A DNA stretch of 64,000 nucleotides from Azolla caroliniana. Lineage: Eukaryota; Plantae; Polypodiophyta. The DNA lies in assembly GCA_043228905.1 (NCBI GenBank), contig JBHGNT010000007.1, positions 14,632,001-14,696,000 of the forward strand, in the 5' to 3' direction. Positions 40,058-51,339 of this stretch are shown here, one piece after another (the stretch's first letter is position 1; every line of letters starts with the position of its first letter). Under the pieces are notes generated by a model. It did not search any database. It was not told the DNA's origin and saw nothing but the letters and a program-made list of their open reading frames with translations. The position numbers and the translations under genes are program-made.

Positions 40058-43000
40058 TCACGACATTCGCCCCCACCTAGCCGCGCATCCACCAGTATGC
40101 GCCAAAATTGGGTTCTGGTTGGAGAAAACTGGTCCTGGTTCTGTTTCTTCATCCATCGGTTCGTCCTCCGTTTTGGACTGTTCGTCTTCGCTGTCCAGGC
40201 CTCTTAGATCCGGTTCGTCGTCGTGGCGTTTCTTGAATGCTTTGACCTGCTTCCCTGCTACTGGCATCGCCATCCTCATATCGTCGAGTTCCGCCAGGTG
40301 ATACGTCCCGTTGTCGTTGGCGCTTGTTACCACGTAAGGCCCGAACCACCGCTTTGCAAACTTTCGTGTTGCTCGGTGTTGGTTGTCGAGGCTGCTGTCG
40401 TAGACTAGCACCTAGTCACCTTCCTCGATTTTCTTCGGTTGGAGCCGGTGCGTCCGGTCGAACAGGGCTTTGTTCTTCATCCTCGCCGCCCGAAGTCTCT
40501 CCGCCGCTCGTTCCACGTCCTCTGGCCTCCGCTCGAGCTGCCGTATACGCGCCGCTAGCAGTTCTTCCTGGCTCATCTCGTCTCTCCAGTCCACTGTCGC
40601 CCAAGAGGAGATCGTCCATTCCATCGGCATGATCGGCTTCTGTCCGAACATGAGCTTTGACGGCATGAACCCTGTTACCGAACTGTGTGTTGTCCTGTCC
40701 GCCCACAAGGCATAAGGTAACAGCCGTGGCCAGTTCCCGACCTAGCCTCCGCAAGCCCGGACTAGCGCTTTGACGATCGGTCCGTGTCCGCGCTCCACCT
40801 TCCCGTTCGCCTCCGGATTGTACGCTGTGGTGAGCGAGAGCTTGACCCCTAACCGGTCGAACAGCTCCTCGGCCTCTTCGGCGTCCAACTCCCCGCGGTC
40901 AGCCACGATCTTCCCGACGCACCCGTACCGGCATATCACGTCCTCGATCAAGAACCGACACACGGCCGCGGTCGTTTTGTTCTGCAGGGCTCGGCCTTCC
41001 ACTTGGTTCGTCAGGTCCTCCCGGGCCAGCACCAGATATCGCATCTGCCCTACGCCCATCGACATCGTCACCAAATCTACCATCCATTTGAAGTGGATGG
41101 CCGGAGGGTAAGTAGGGTGAAGCTCGTCCCGATGTCGAACTATGGAGTGCATCTGACAGTTCTCACAAGTTGTCACGAACTGATGCACGTCCCGGTACAG
41201 TCCCGGCCACCAGTACTTCCCCTTTAGCTTCTCGAACGTGGCCCACGTCCCACGGTGTCCAACCCAGGGGCTGTCGTGGTAGGCCTTCAACAACTCCTCC
41301 TGTTCCTCCTTCACCGCCACTACTCGGAGCGGGATGCCGTTTCTCTTCTTCGGGTGCTTCCATAAGTATCCGTCCCGGAGAAAGAATCGGTATGCTTTCT
41401 TTCGGACCCGGTTGGCCTCGTTCTTTGTCCATGACGCGTACGGCGTCATCGTCCTCAAGAATCCCCCAATCTGCAGCCACTCCCCGTTGTACTTGCTCTC
41501 GTCGAAATCGTTAAGCGCCGAAGTGCTCCCTCCCTCGGTTGTTATGTAACCCGCCTCGAAGAAGTCTACGCCGACTTCCTCGTCCTCTGAAACCATGCCG
41601 CCCTCGTCGTCGAATCGCGCCCTCGAAAGCATGTCGGCCATGGCATTGTCTTTCCCGGAAATGTGTCGTATTTCCGGATCCAGGGACTTGATGTACGCTA
41701 TCCACCTGAGCATTGCCAGGTCCGGGGTTGCGCATCCGGAAACCCTGCCGAGAATCGGCAGGCAGTCCGTCTCGATAATCACCTCTGTCCCAATAAGATA
41801 GTCTTTATCGGCCTTCACCGCCGAAACGATACCCCAGAGTTTGCGTTTAACCTGGGCGTATCCTCGCTGTCGCTCGCTGAGGACCTTCGCACCGAACCGG
41901 ATTGGGAACCGAATGCCGTCCTCATCTTCTTGGTTGACGACCCACCCGATCCCGGTCGGACTCGTATCTACCGTTATGTAGACGGGACTACCTTTCTCGT
42001 AGACAGCCTTCCGGATTGCCGGAGCTACATCAAGAGCCTCCTTCATCTTTCGGACCGACTTCACATGCTCGTCTCGCCACTCGAATTTTCGCCCCTTTTT
42101 CAGCAACCCATATAGCGGCTCGGCAACGTGGGCGTAATGCGGGATCCATATGTGGTAGAACGCGCATGCTCCCAAGAACCTCCGTACCTCCGTGACCGAG
42201 TTACAGTCGGGCTTCATTGCGGAGATGGCTTCCACCTTTGTCAGAGACGGTTTCCGGCCATACGGTCCGCATAGATGTCCGACGACCATGATCTCTGATT
42301 GCCCGAAGGCCGATTTTTCCCCGGAGAAGGTGAGCCTCGCGTCCTCTAGCCTCTGCAACACCCTCTCGCAGTGGTCAATGTGTGTCACCACGAATTTCCG
42401 GCATCCGTCCGGTCCGACCATTTCGTCCTTTTCTTCCACCGGACATCCCTTGATCGGGATGTCGTCCAAGAATGGCATGGTGATGTCCGGGATACGATCC
42501 CTCAGCACCTTGTTCATCGCATTCACCATGTGGGCCACCGAGTTCGTCCCTCCTTTTGGCAGGGTACACATCCGCACTAGGCCGAGAGGAGTCTGCATCG
42601 TCGTAATGTCTCTCCTCTCTACGGCTAGTTGGAACTGATCGTACCCTGAGTACAGATCTCCGACTGAGTAGATCGACCTTCCGGTGAAGGCCTCTGCGAA
42701 CTCGTCTATCGTTGGTCCAATTCCTGCGTTCCGAATGGTCACTCTGTTGACCGGTTGCAAGTCTTGAATGAAGCGCAACGTCCCGTTCTTCTTCGGTACT
42801 GTGAACCACCGGTTTGAGTACGGGGCACTCGACGGTTCGAGGATGCCTATCGATTTTCTGCCTCAACAGCTCCATCAGCTCCGGGATGTGAGCTCTCGGT
42901 ACGGGAATTGGTTTGAGATTCCACGGCACATGCGGTACCGTGAATATCACCATCGGCTTTACGACTGTCGGGTCTATGCACCCGATTTCTTCCGGTGAGA

Positions 43001-43637
43001 ATGCGAAGGCTTTCCCGTGCCTTCCGAGCATTATCCAAAACCGGTCTTCTTCCGCCGGCAGTAGGAACCCGCCCCCACCGATTTTGAGCTCCCGTAGCGT
43101 TCTGTCGGTGAAGGTGTGTCCTATGCAGGCTGGATCACATAAACTGGGGTCCGACGCGACCCCCTTGATTCGCAACTCACTGCCCTCCGGTAAGGGTGCT
43201 GCGACTGGCCTTACCTTCCGGTCCACAGTCTTGTACTTCGTGTTAACCCGGGCCGTCCGATCCGACTCGAGCCCTCGACTGAAGTCCGCGATGACTTCAT
43301 ACATCTCTTCTGAACAAACCGGTATCGTCCGGTCCTCTTTAAGGCCCTCTCCGACCACCTCTCGCAGTATTCCCAAGGTATCGTCGAAGGAGACCGCCTC
43401 CACGGCTCCGTTGATTTCCTCGCTGGGCCCGAGAACTCCGCACGCCCGAAGTCGCTCTTCCACCCTTGTCTTTTCTCGGCCTACGACGCCGACTATCGTA
43501 CACCCTCCGTTGTCGGAGAAACAAAACTTCCTACTTATGGTACAAGGTTTCTTTGGTTTTGCTTCTATCGTACATTTGTGGGGTTTTCCCGGAGTGTCCG
43601 GACTGCCGCGGCCCCACGCCTTGGCAGCCCTCTCTAA
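40058..43637 (-). pseudogene. Gypsy F pol ORF2 (linker-RT-RNase H-INT), few stops/frameshifts
   Basis: KYKTVDRKVRPV, GDLYSGYDQ, PFLDD, TVDTSPTGIG, H..H..CENC zinc finger, WMVDLV, ADRGE, YNPEANGKVERGH, WFGPY. Confidence 0.9.
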
Positions 43638-45787
43638 AAATCCTCTCGGTTCTCGCCACCGAGGGACTCGCGGTTTCGCTCGTGGTTGGGTCGCACCGTC
43701 AGGAACTGGACCGAATGACGCCCGTCCTGACTCTTGAACCTCGCGTAAGCCGACCCGTTGTCCAACACCTTGGTCTCCATTCGCGCTGCCGTAATGTACG
43801 ATTCCCCTAGTATGACCGGGTGCGAGGACGTTTCCTGCACAAAGAAGTGCTGGTCTATCTCGACGTCGCCGATCTTGACTCGCACGTTTGGGCAGGCCCC
43901 GTGTAGTTCCTCGGTGGCGCGCGTCGCTGCCCGTATCTTCCACCCGTGCTTAGTGTTGATCGACCATTTCCCCTTCTTGTAGAAGTCCATGGACATCAAG
44001 TTTATTTCCGAACCATGGTCCACCAGCGCTACCACCGGTTCCTGAACATCCCTGATCTTCACCGGGGTTTCCGTGGTCGCTCGGGCCCAGTGTGGCCTCG
44101 AATAGTGGCTCTCCGCCCACTCGTCTTCCAGCGCCATGTCCTCTATGTGCGCCGTCTGCACTTCCACCGGCCTTTCCGGTTCTGCCTCCGTCGACAGCCT
44201 CTTCCTCTTCACCAAGTCCACGATGGAGTCATGGAACTCCTTCTTGGCGATCCCGAGCACCTCCCGCAACGAAAGTTCCACCTTGCTGTCGAGGATTCGT
44301 TCTTCCAGGACCTTTCGTAGGTCCGTGGTCCTTTCGATCTCCGTGCCCAAACGGTATCCGCCCTTCTTGTGGTTATCCCGGGCATTGGACTCACCGGCCT
44401 CGTTCCGTTTCGGCCCGAATCGGGTTTCGTATCTCTGTGAGGGTCCGGCCCCTCCGATTTTACCTACCCATTTGTCTTCAACCAGAGCCCCGTAGTTCTG
44501 GCAAGCTACTTCGACGAAACCCGTCTTTTCTTCGACCGGGTCACTCCACCCGGTTACCTCCTGGACCCGCTTCTCCGCGCGGTCCACCTCGTCTTTCTTT
44601 AGTGGGGCACCGGCGAGGCCTTCCAGTACCGTCGGCCAGAACCCGGCTTTGCTCTCCTTCCGGGCCTCGATGCCTCCGACCCGAATACCGGCTGACGCTG
44701 AGTAGTGGACGGTCTCCGCGTGCCGGGCTGCCGCCTCTTCGATCAGCCTTTTCATTCCTCCTCGCCCGTCGTTTCGGTTCAGGGCCCTCCGGGTATCGCT
44801 GGTGTGCACCCGACCTTCCCACAGGTACACTACCCGGCTTCTCAAAGCCTCCATAAAGTCCCCGCAGTCTTTCTGGATGTGGCCGACCTCGTCGAACCAC
44901 ATGCACCTACTCCCTACCGGAGCCCGTCGGTCACGAGCCTGATCGCCGCCTTTCCTCCGAGCCTGGGCGATCTGGAGATCCTTTACCGCTCATGTCAGCT
45001 TCTCCAGAGCTGTCCCCCCGGACGAGCCTCTGATCACGCTGGTCGAAGACGAACCGGTTTTGAGCCACTCCCGGGTCTCTTCCCTTCGCGCCTGCGGTAC
45101 CGGTTCGAGCTTCCTTGCTGCGACAGGTCCCGCCTCGGTCGCCTCTGTATCAGCCCACTCCCACCGTTTGTCAAAACGGTCGCAGACTCTCTTTACCGCG
45201 GCCCAGTTGGTCGTCAGCCCGTCTTCGGTTTCCAGTAAGGAGCCAACTTGCCCCCGATCCCGTGCGTCAACCGATTTGACAAACAGTAGGACACGACTTG
45301 TGTCCAGAACGATCCGATCGAGCGCTGAAAGGCGCGCAAAGCGTTCCTCAAACTCCCAGAGGAGTACCGACGCATTTCTTCCTTTGTTGGGGGACTCCAC
45401 CCACTCCATGAATCTCCGCTTCGAAAGTCGAAGCGCGTCATCCATCCCGTATTTCTCCAGGAGCCGTCCTTCGAACTCCTCCCAGGTCCGGCTCTCCGCC
45501 CGGATCTCGAGCACCTCCGCATGGATGCCTGGCATCGCCACTCGAGGGAATCCTGCAAGACGCCTCTCTTCCGGAATATCCCTCATCAACATCTCCGCCT
45601 GGTAGGATGCCAAATAACTCGTGGCATCCTTTCCACTGAACCGGCCGATCATACCGACGATCGCCTCAATAGCCCTGTCAAGGGCGCCGATGCGCTCGCG
45701 CGCGGTCACTATCCGGTCCACGGCCGAAGCCATGGCCTCTGCAAGATCTGACCCCCTCATCTTCTGCTCCTCTGCCGCCTGCTTCAC
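43634..45787 (-). pseudogene. Gypsy F ORF1: gag, degenerate zinc knuckle and aspartic protease in one frame (one internal TGA at 44990)
   Basis: ORFs 44990-45787 and 43634-44902 are in the same frame; FSGKDAT, CMWFDEVGHIQKDC, ALVDHGSEINLM. Confidence 0.85.
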
Positions 45788-45800
45788 GTCGGGTTCACCA
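45783..45800 (-). promoter_or_regulatory. PBS of F, complementary to the 3' end of tRNA-Trp
   Basis: + strand TTCACGTCGGGTTCACCA matches the 3' 18 nt of plant tRNA-Trp(CCA) as I recall it; 4 nt from the LTR end. Confidence 0.8.
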
Positions 45801-46631
45801 AATATGTCGCGTTGTTACGCGCGTGCGTGGAGAAACAAGGCGGGACCACCGGGGTCTTGAACCGAAGAGCAGGTGATAGAAGGGAAAAGAGAAAGAGAGA
45901 GACGCCCGGTCACGTACGAGCAAAGAAACACAGGGGGAGGGGGGGGCACGGCCCGTCAACACAGAAGACGCGAATGGGCATAGAGACAGGGAGACACAAG
46001 TGTTTGTATATTAACGAATATCAAGTACACAACAGAGCACGCGCGCGGTTACAACCGAACAGGCCGGCGAACAGATGCCGATGCCTGTTCGTCTGCGCAC
46101 GAAAGGAGAAAAGGGTGGAGGTGCTGCCGGAAGCACACGGGCGTTCCTCGAAGCAACGCGAGCCTCCCGAAACCCTGCAGAGAAGAGCGATGGAGAACGA
46201 ACAGAGGAGAAGCGTTCGGTTACGGTCCGACAACACTTCGTCCTCCTTAATGCGCGATCCCTTCTCCATGCGTCTCCCTCTCCTTTATAGCGTCAAGAAG
46301 GGAGCCGTCTCACTCATTTACTTCCTACCTACCGAATCTAACTACCCGGATATGCCTTCGTACTTAATTCCCTATTATATACATTAAGGGCTCGCATACG
46401 TGAAGAGCCGGTTCATGCGAGTTATGCACCGATTGCGCCAAGGGACGATTTTCTTCACAACAACGTCTTATGTACAAACTGAGTATTATTGTTGAATATA
46501 GTTCTTGTGTTCTCTCTCACTCTCTCTGTCTCTCCTGCGTATACTGCGTAAGCTCAAGCTCTCCATTAAACCTGAGTTTTCTTCCTTCTGTTCAGTCTTC
46601 ATACCTGTTTCCGCACGCTAATTTCTACATT

Positions 46632-46676
46632 GTCCAACCAAACGGCTCCTATTTTGGTTGGACTTAGTCGTTTAAC
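46632..46676 (-). promoter_or_regulatory. Putative -1 ribosomal frameshift signal of D (G TTA AAC + 11-bp hairpin)
   Basis: Heptamer 46676-46670, 6-nt spacer, stem GTCCAACCAAA/TTTGGTTGGAC; pol is in the -1 frame once E is removed. Confidence 0.72.
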
Positions 46677-47815
46677 TCTTCTTCTAACTGACTAAGGACA
46701 TCAAATCTGTTTGCTAGATCTGGGCTATTAGTATTATTAGGACTATCAGATATTCCTACGGAAATAGGCTCGGGTTTAGTACAATTAGAACTAGCGACTA
46801 TTTGGTTTACCTGTCTTCTTGGCCTATGGGGGCAATTTATTGCAATATGTCCTGGTTCACCGCAGTAAAGACATAGTTGATTTGTACGGCGTCGCTGCTT
46901 TTCTTCTTCGGATAATGGCCCTCGACGACGTGTAGTGTCAATCTCCATCAGAGTCGGAGTATTCGCTAGAGGCGCATTATATGACTTCCTCGGAAAAGGT
47001 CTTGCTACCACTGAGGCGTAGGTGGGCTCTGATCTTGCCCTCGGCATCTGTAGTTGTCGTTCCGAACGTCGCTCAAAGAGGCGGTTGTCACATCTCACCG
47101 CGCGACTGATTGCTTTTGTTAAGGACTTTGGCTCTTCGGGGAAGGTCAAGAGTAAATCCTTGACGTCGTTGCGTAAACCATAACGGAATTGCTCCATCAA
47201 CGCTTGATCATCCCAAGGGATATCAGCGGCGAGTAGGCGAAAATCTGCAGCATATGCGGAGGCTGGACGGTCACCTTGGCGTAATCACCGAATTTTTTTG
47301 ATTGCGGTCCTGATGCTGTCAGTATCTCCAAAACATGCTTTAAACTCACCTAGAAACTCTTCAAAATTGTTGAGTAACGGGGATTCCTTTTCTAATAGTG
47401 GAGCGAACCATGCCAATGCTGAGCCACTTAACAAAGTGCCTACTAAACCCACTCGTGATGCATCGGTGGGATACCGGGAAGGATGCATTTGAATAACTAA
47501 TCGTACATGGTTAAGGAACCCTCTAAATTGCGATCGCGTTCCATCGAACTTCGTGGGAAGGCCAATCTTGGGTTCTTTATGAATCCCTTGTGTTCCGGGC
47601 CCTTGTTGTTGCATCGCTACGATGGTTGCTTCGAGTTGTTGCACGCGTAACGCAAGTTCCCCATGCTGTTGTTGCATTTGCTGCTTTTCTAAGGAGATTT
47701 GCTGAAGATCCCCCAGCAACCGTTGGTTTTCTTGTTCCAAAGCATGGAACTTCTCTTTCAAGCATTGAAATTCCGAGAAAACAGATTGATATTCTTCAGC
47801 ACTAACAGTGGCCAT
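46664..47815 (-). pseudogene. Chromovirus D gag (frameshift ~47290)
   Basis: EPKIGLPTKFDGTRSQFRGFL, LLSGSALAW, QFRYGL, MEID, CLYCGEPGHIAINC. Confidence 0.9.
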
Positions 47816-47874
47816 GGGATGAAAGAAAAGAGGAATAAGAGATTAGTAGGAAATGAGAGAGATAGAAGGTAGGG

Positions 47875-47886
47875 AAATCGGTTCAA
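47875..47886 (-). promoter_or_regulatory. Non-tRNA (self-priming-type) PBS of D
   Basis: TTGAACCGATTT 2 nt after the LTR; exact complement of AAATCGGTTCAA at 48119-48108 in the LTR, ~33 nt downstream of TATAAAA. Confidence 0.75.
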
Positions 47887-47888
47887 AC

Positions 47889-47991
47889 TGTCAGGAACAA
47901 TACTAAGACAGAGAAGGAATTAGTACTAAAAGAAGTATTAGTACTAAGAGAGGTGAAGAACTCTCGAGAGAAGGAAAGAGTGAGTGAGAGG

Positions 47992-48043
<52 letters not shown>

Positions 48044-48336
48044 TGATAAGAAAAGATATATATTATGTGAAGAAAATGTACAGTAACTAGGAGGCTTAAG
48101 ACTAGCGTTGAACCGATTTGGTTCGAAATAATGCCTTGTGCCTCCTTTTATAGTGTTCTAAGGAATACTCCTGAAGTTTCTAGAATGTTCCAGAGAAATC
48201 TGGAATATTCATCAATTTTCTATAATAAAACATAAATGAAAATAATATTCTATGTATTACAATATATAGTCTAATGGTCGAGAGCTCGACCCATGTAGTA
48301 TAAGGTCATGGGTTTGAATCTTGCCATATCATGACA
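47889..48336 (-). repeat. 5' LTR of chromovirus D (TATA 48152-48146, HSE array 48163-48210, tRNA-like boxes 48267-48320)
   Basis: TGTCAT...CTGACA on - strand; TSD adjacent. Confidence 0.93.
48163..48210. promoter_or_regulatory. Heat-shock element array in D LTR (copy at 30167-30214)
   Basis: GAA-ta-CTC-ct-GAA-gt-TTC-ta-GAA-tg-TTC-ca-GAG-aa-ATC-tg-GAA-ta-TTC: 10 alternating 5-bp units, 7 perfect, 4 consecutive perfect. Confidence 0.72.
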
Positions 48337-48622
48337 CTCGACATCTTTGGGTCTCTGTTCTAATTGATGGATTCTTGTAGCTAGCAAGTCTTCTCGACTC
48401 ATCTCTTCTTGCCATGGCAAAGCTGTCCACGAGGTAACACTTTGCTCGATAGGCATTATTGGTTTTTGCCCTAATATGAGCTCGGCCGGCATATATCCTA
48501 TAGTCGTGCTATGTGTAGTTCTATCGGCCCACAATGCATATGGTAATAATCGTGGCCAGTCCCCCATCTTCCCATCGCAAGCCTTTGCTAGAGCTTTTAC
48601 AATCGAGCTATGTCCCCGCTCC
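48337..48622 (-). pseudogene. Right half of the older F-like Gypsy integrase relic
   Basis: ERGHSSIVKALAKAC..WPRLLPYALWADRTTHS..EDLLATRIHQLEQRPKDVE parallels the F integrase C-terminus. Confidence 0.82.
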
Positions 48623-49560
48623 TAGCAATGGGTTCGGTTCGGTTCGGTTTCTTGACCTTGAAACCAAACCAAACCGGTTATTCATAATAAAAACCAAACC
48701 ATCCCATTTAAAAATCTTGAAGCCATTTAAACCAAACCGTTTACGTAAAATGAAGAACCAAACCGAACCGGTTTATCAAAAATCAAAACCAAACGAGTTT
48801 ATCATACATCAAAACGAAACGAAACCAAATTGTTTTTGACATAATCCAACCAACATGAAACTATAAATTGAAACAAATCAAAGACTAGAACACTATAAAA
48901 TAACACAAACTTACAACACATTTTCTGAAAATTGCTAATGTGAAAAATGATAAGATATAACATAAAAAGATAAATGTTTTTTGGAATGATAACAAAAATC
49001 CATACAATAGAGATCAAACTTCAAATCTATATATGTAACAATCCATATATATAACTTAAGAACAACAATCCATATATATAACTTAAGAACAACAATCCAT
49101 ATAATAGAGTTCCAAATCCATAGGAATATGTAAACTTAATCCAACTTTTTGTCTCCAATGTTTGAATAAGGGATTCCTTAAAGTATAAAATACGCAAAAG
49201 AATTTAGTAATTTGTAATAACAAATTTAAAGAATCGAATAAAAAATAAAATAGTAAACAATATGTAATAAAAATTACAATGACTTTGAAGATCTCCAATT
49301 GCAACCAATATTGTCATTAACTTGTCAAAAATCAACATGATTCGTGCACATACAAAATACATAAAAACAAGTAAGTAATTATTAATAAAAATACTTTAAG
49401 TAAAGACTCAAATAAAAAGCAACCAAGTAACAAGTATGCACACCTTAATTTTCCTTTGACTATCATGTAATATGTAATCTATTACCTCGTCTTCAGCAAC
49501 AAGATCATCCAAATTCTTTGTTAGTTCTGCGTAAGTGGTATGAAAATTATCTATCAACTG
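48623..49560. mobile_element. Fragment of a hAT-like/MITE DNA transposon end
   Basis: Abrupt start TAGCAATGGGTTCGGTTCGGTTCGG, then many AAACCG/AAACCA subterminal repeats (48630-48830); 27-bp repeat at 49037-49102; other end not seen. Confidence 0.5.
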
Positions 49561-50861
49561 AGGCGCTAACGACAACGACCTACGTGATAAACAGATCACC
49601 CTCAATACCCTTGGGAGGAGACTCACCTCAGAAGGTATGGACCGGAAAAGATGTATGTTACCGGCATCTGAAGGTGTTCGGGTCTCTCACATACGTGCAT
49701 GTGGCAAAGGACAAGAGAGCAAAGTTGGATCCGAAGTCCCGACCATGCATATTCCTTGGATACAGCGACGATGAGTTCGGTTACCGGGTATGGGATTTGG
49801 TCGACAAGAAGGTGTTCCGGAGTCGGGACATAGTCTTCATGGAAGACAGGACCATCGCCGACTGGGAGTTGGAAAAGAAGATGACCAACTCCGGATCATC
49901 CAATGAAAACCGGCCTGAGGACACAAGGACCTACCCGGTTGAAAACTGGATGTTAGCCGGCAACCAGATGACACTCGACGAACTGACCAGATTCGAACAA
50001 GAAACTAAACCGACCGAAGAAGAAGAAGAAGAAGACATCGGAACCAGACAAGATCCTGAATCGGACTCAAATGAGGAACAAACGGAGGAATTGGTAGTTA
50101 GAACCCAAGGACAAAGATACCCTCTCCGGGAGAGAAGAGCCCCTTGGAGATTTCCGGATGCAAAGCATGTGTTGCTAACCGATGAGGGGGAGCCAGACAA
50201 CTCTAAAGAAGCAAGGGGAGACACCCACATCCGCAAGTGGTTGAGTGCCATGCAGGACAAGATGGATTCCCTGCATTAGAACCACACATACGAATTGGTG
50301 GAGTTTCCCAAATGAAAGAGGGCACTCCGGGACAAGTGGGTGTACAAGTTGAAACTGGGAGACGTCGGAAATCCACCAAGGTATAAGGTTCGAATCGTGG
50401 TGAAGGGCTTCCAACAAAAGAAAGGAGCGGACTTCGATGAGATCTTTGCCCCGGTAGTAAAGATGACATCCATCCGGACGGTATTGGGCATAACGGCAAG
50501 CATGGACCTTGAGGTAGTGCAACTGGACGTCAAGATGTCATTCCTACACGAAGACCTCGAAGAAGAGATCTACATGCATCAACCAGAAGGATTTGAGAGG
50601 AAAGGGAAGGAGCACTTGGTGTGCCGGTTGAAGAAGAGCCTATACGGACTGAAGCAAGCCCCCCGACAATGGCACTGGAAGTTTGACTCCTTCATGACCG
50701 ACCAAGGGTACCACAAGATGCAAGCCGATCACTGCATGTTTGTGAAGAAATTTGACGGAGGAGACTTCTTGATACTCCTCCTAAAAGTGGATGATATGCT
50801 GATCGTCGAACAAGACCAAGTCAAAATACGTATGCTGAAGAAGGCCCTGAACCGGACCTTC
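49561..50861 (+). pseudogene. Copia C internal fragment (INT C-term to RT)
   Basis: Closely parallels 26990-28295; HLKVFGS, RSRDIVF, QLDVKMSFLH, LKVDD. Confidence 0.88.
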
Positions 50862-51099
50862 CCCGGGGGTTCCACTATATATAAAGAGGTTGTATCACGT
50901 GCGTTCAAGATATATTTTATAAACCCCTTATACATATGTTTTTTCATTATTTTAGAACCCTTTTGTAAAAAATGGTTAATAAAAATACCCCTTATTGTCA
51001 ATATATATTTTGACAACAACTATTTTAAATACCCTTACATAGAAAAACACATGTATATTCTATAATGTATATAAATATGCATTGCATTATTTGAATGTG

Positions 51100-51335
51100 T
51101 TGGGCATATTTTATGCATGGTTGTATATGTATGTATGTATATGTTATGTGTGTGTATGTATTGTGTTGTATTCCATGTGTATGTATTGTATTGTATTGCA
51201 TGTGGATGTATGTATGTATTGTGTTGTATTCCATGTTTATGTATTGTATTGCATGTGTATGTATACATGTATTATATTGTATTCCATGTTTATGTATGTA
51301 TGTATGTATGTATGTATGTATTGTACTGTACTGCA
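51100..51335. repeat. Compound TATG/TATTG low-complexity tract
   Basis: Repeats of tatgtatg/tattgtattg/ttccatgt. Confidence 0.8.
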
Positions 51336-51339
51336 TGAA

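Larger units (their letters stand above)
39408..46462 (-). mobile_element. GC-rich Ty3/Gypsy element F, full length, inserted in the 3' LTR of E; 4-bp TSD ACGT
   Basis: 658-bp LTRs 39408-40065 and 45805-46462 (TG..CA); ACGT at 39404-39407 and 46463-46466; PPT-like ggtgggggcgaa at 40066-40077. Confidence 0.94.
33885..46629 (+). mobile_element. Copia E, full length, inserted between gag and pol of D; 3' LTR interrupted by F
   Basis: 5' LTR 33885-34276, PBS 34277-34287, PPT 39170-39178, 3' LTR 39179-39407 + 46467-46629; TSD CTGTC (33880-33884)/TTGTC (46630-46634). Confidence 0.94.
29903..48336 (-). mobile_element. Chromovirus (Ty3/Gypsy, Tf1/Tcn1-like) D, full length, carrying nested E and F; TSD CTCGA
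   Basis: LTRs 47889-48336 and 29903-30340; CTCGA at 29898-29902 and 48337-48341; PPT aaaggggggatag at 30341-30353; gag, PR, RT, RH, INT and chromodomain. Confidence 0.95.
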
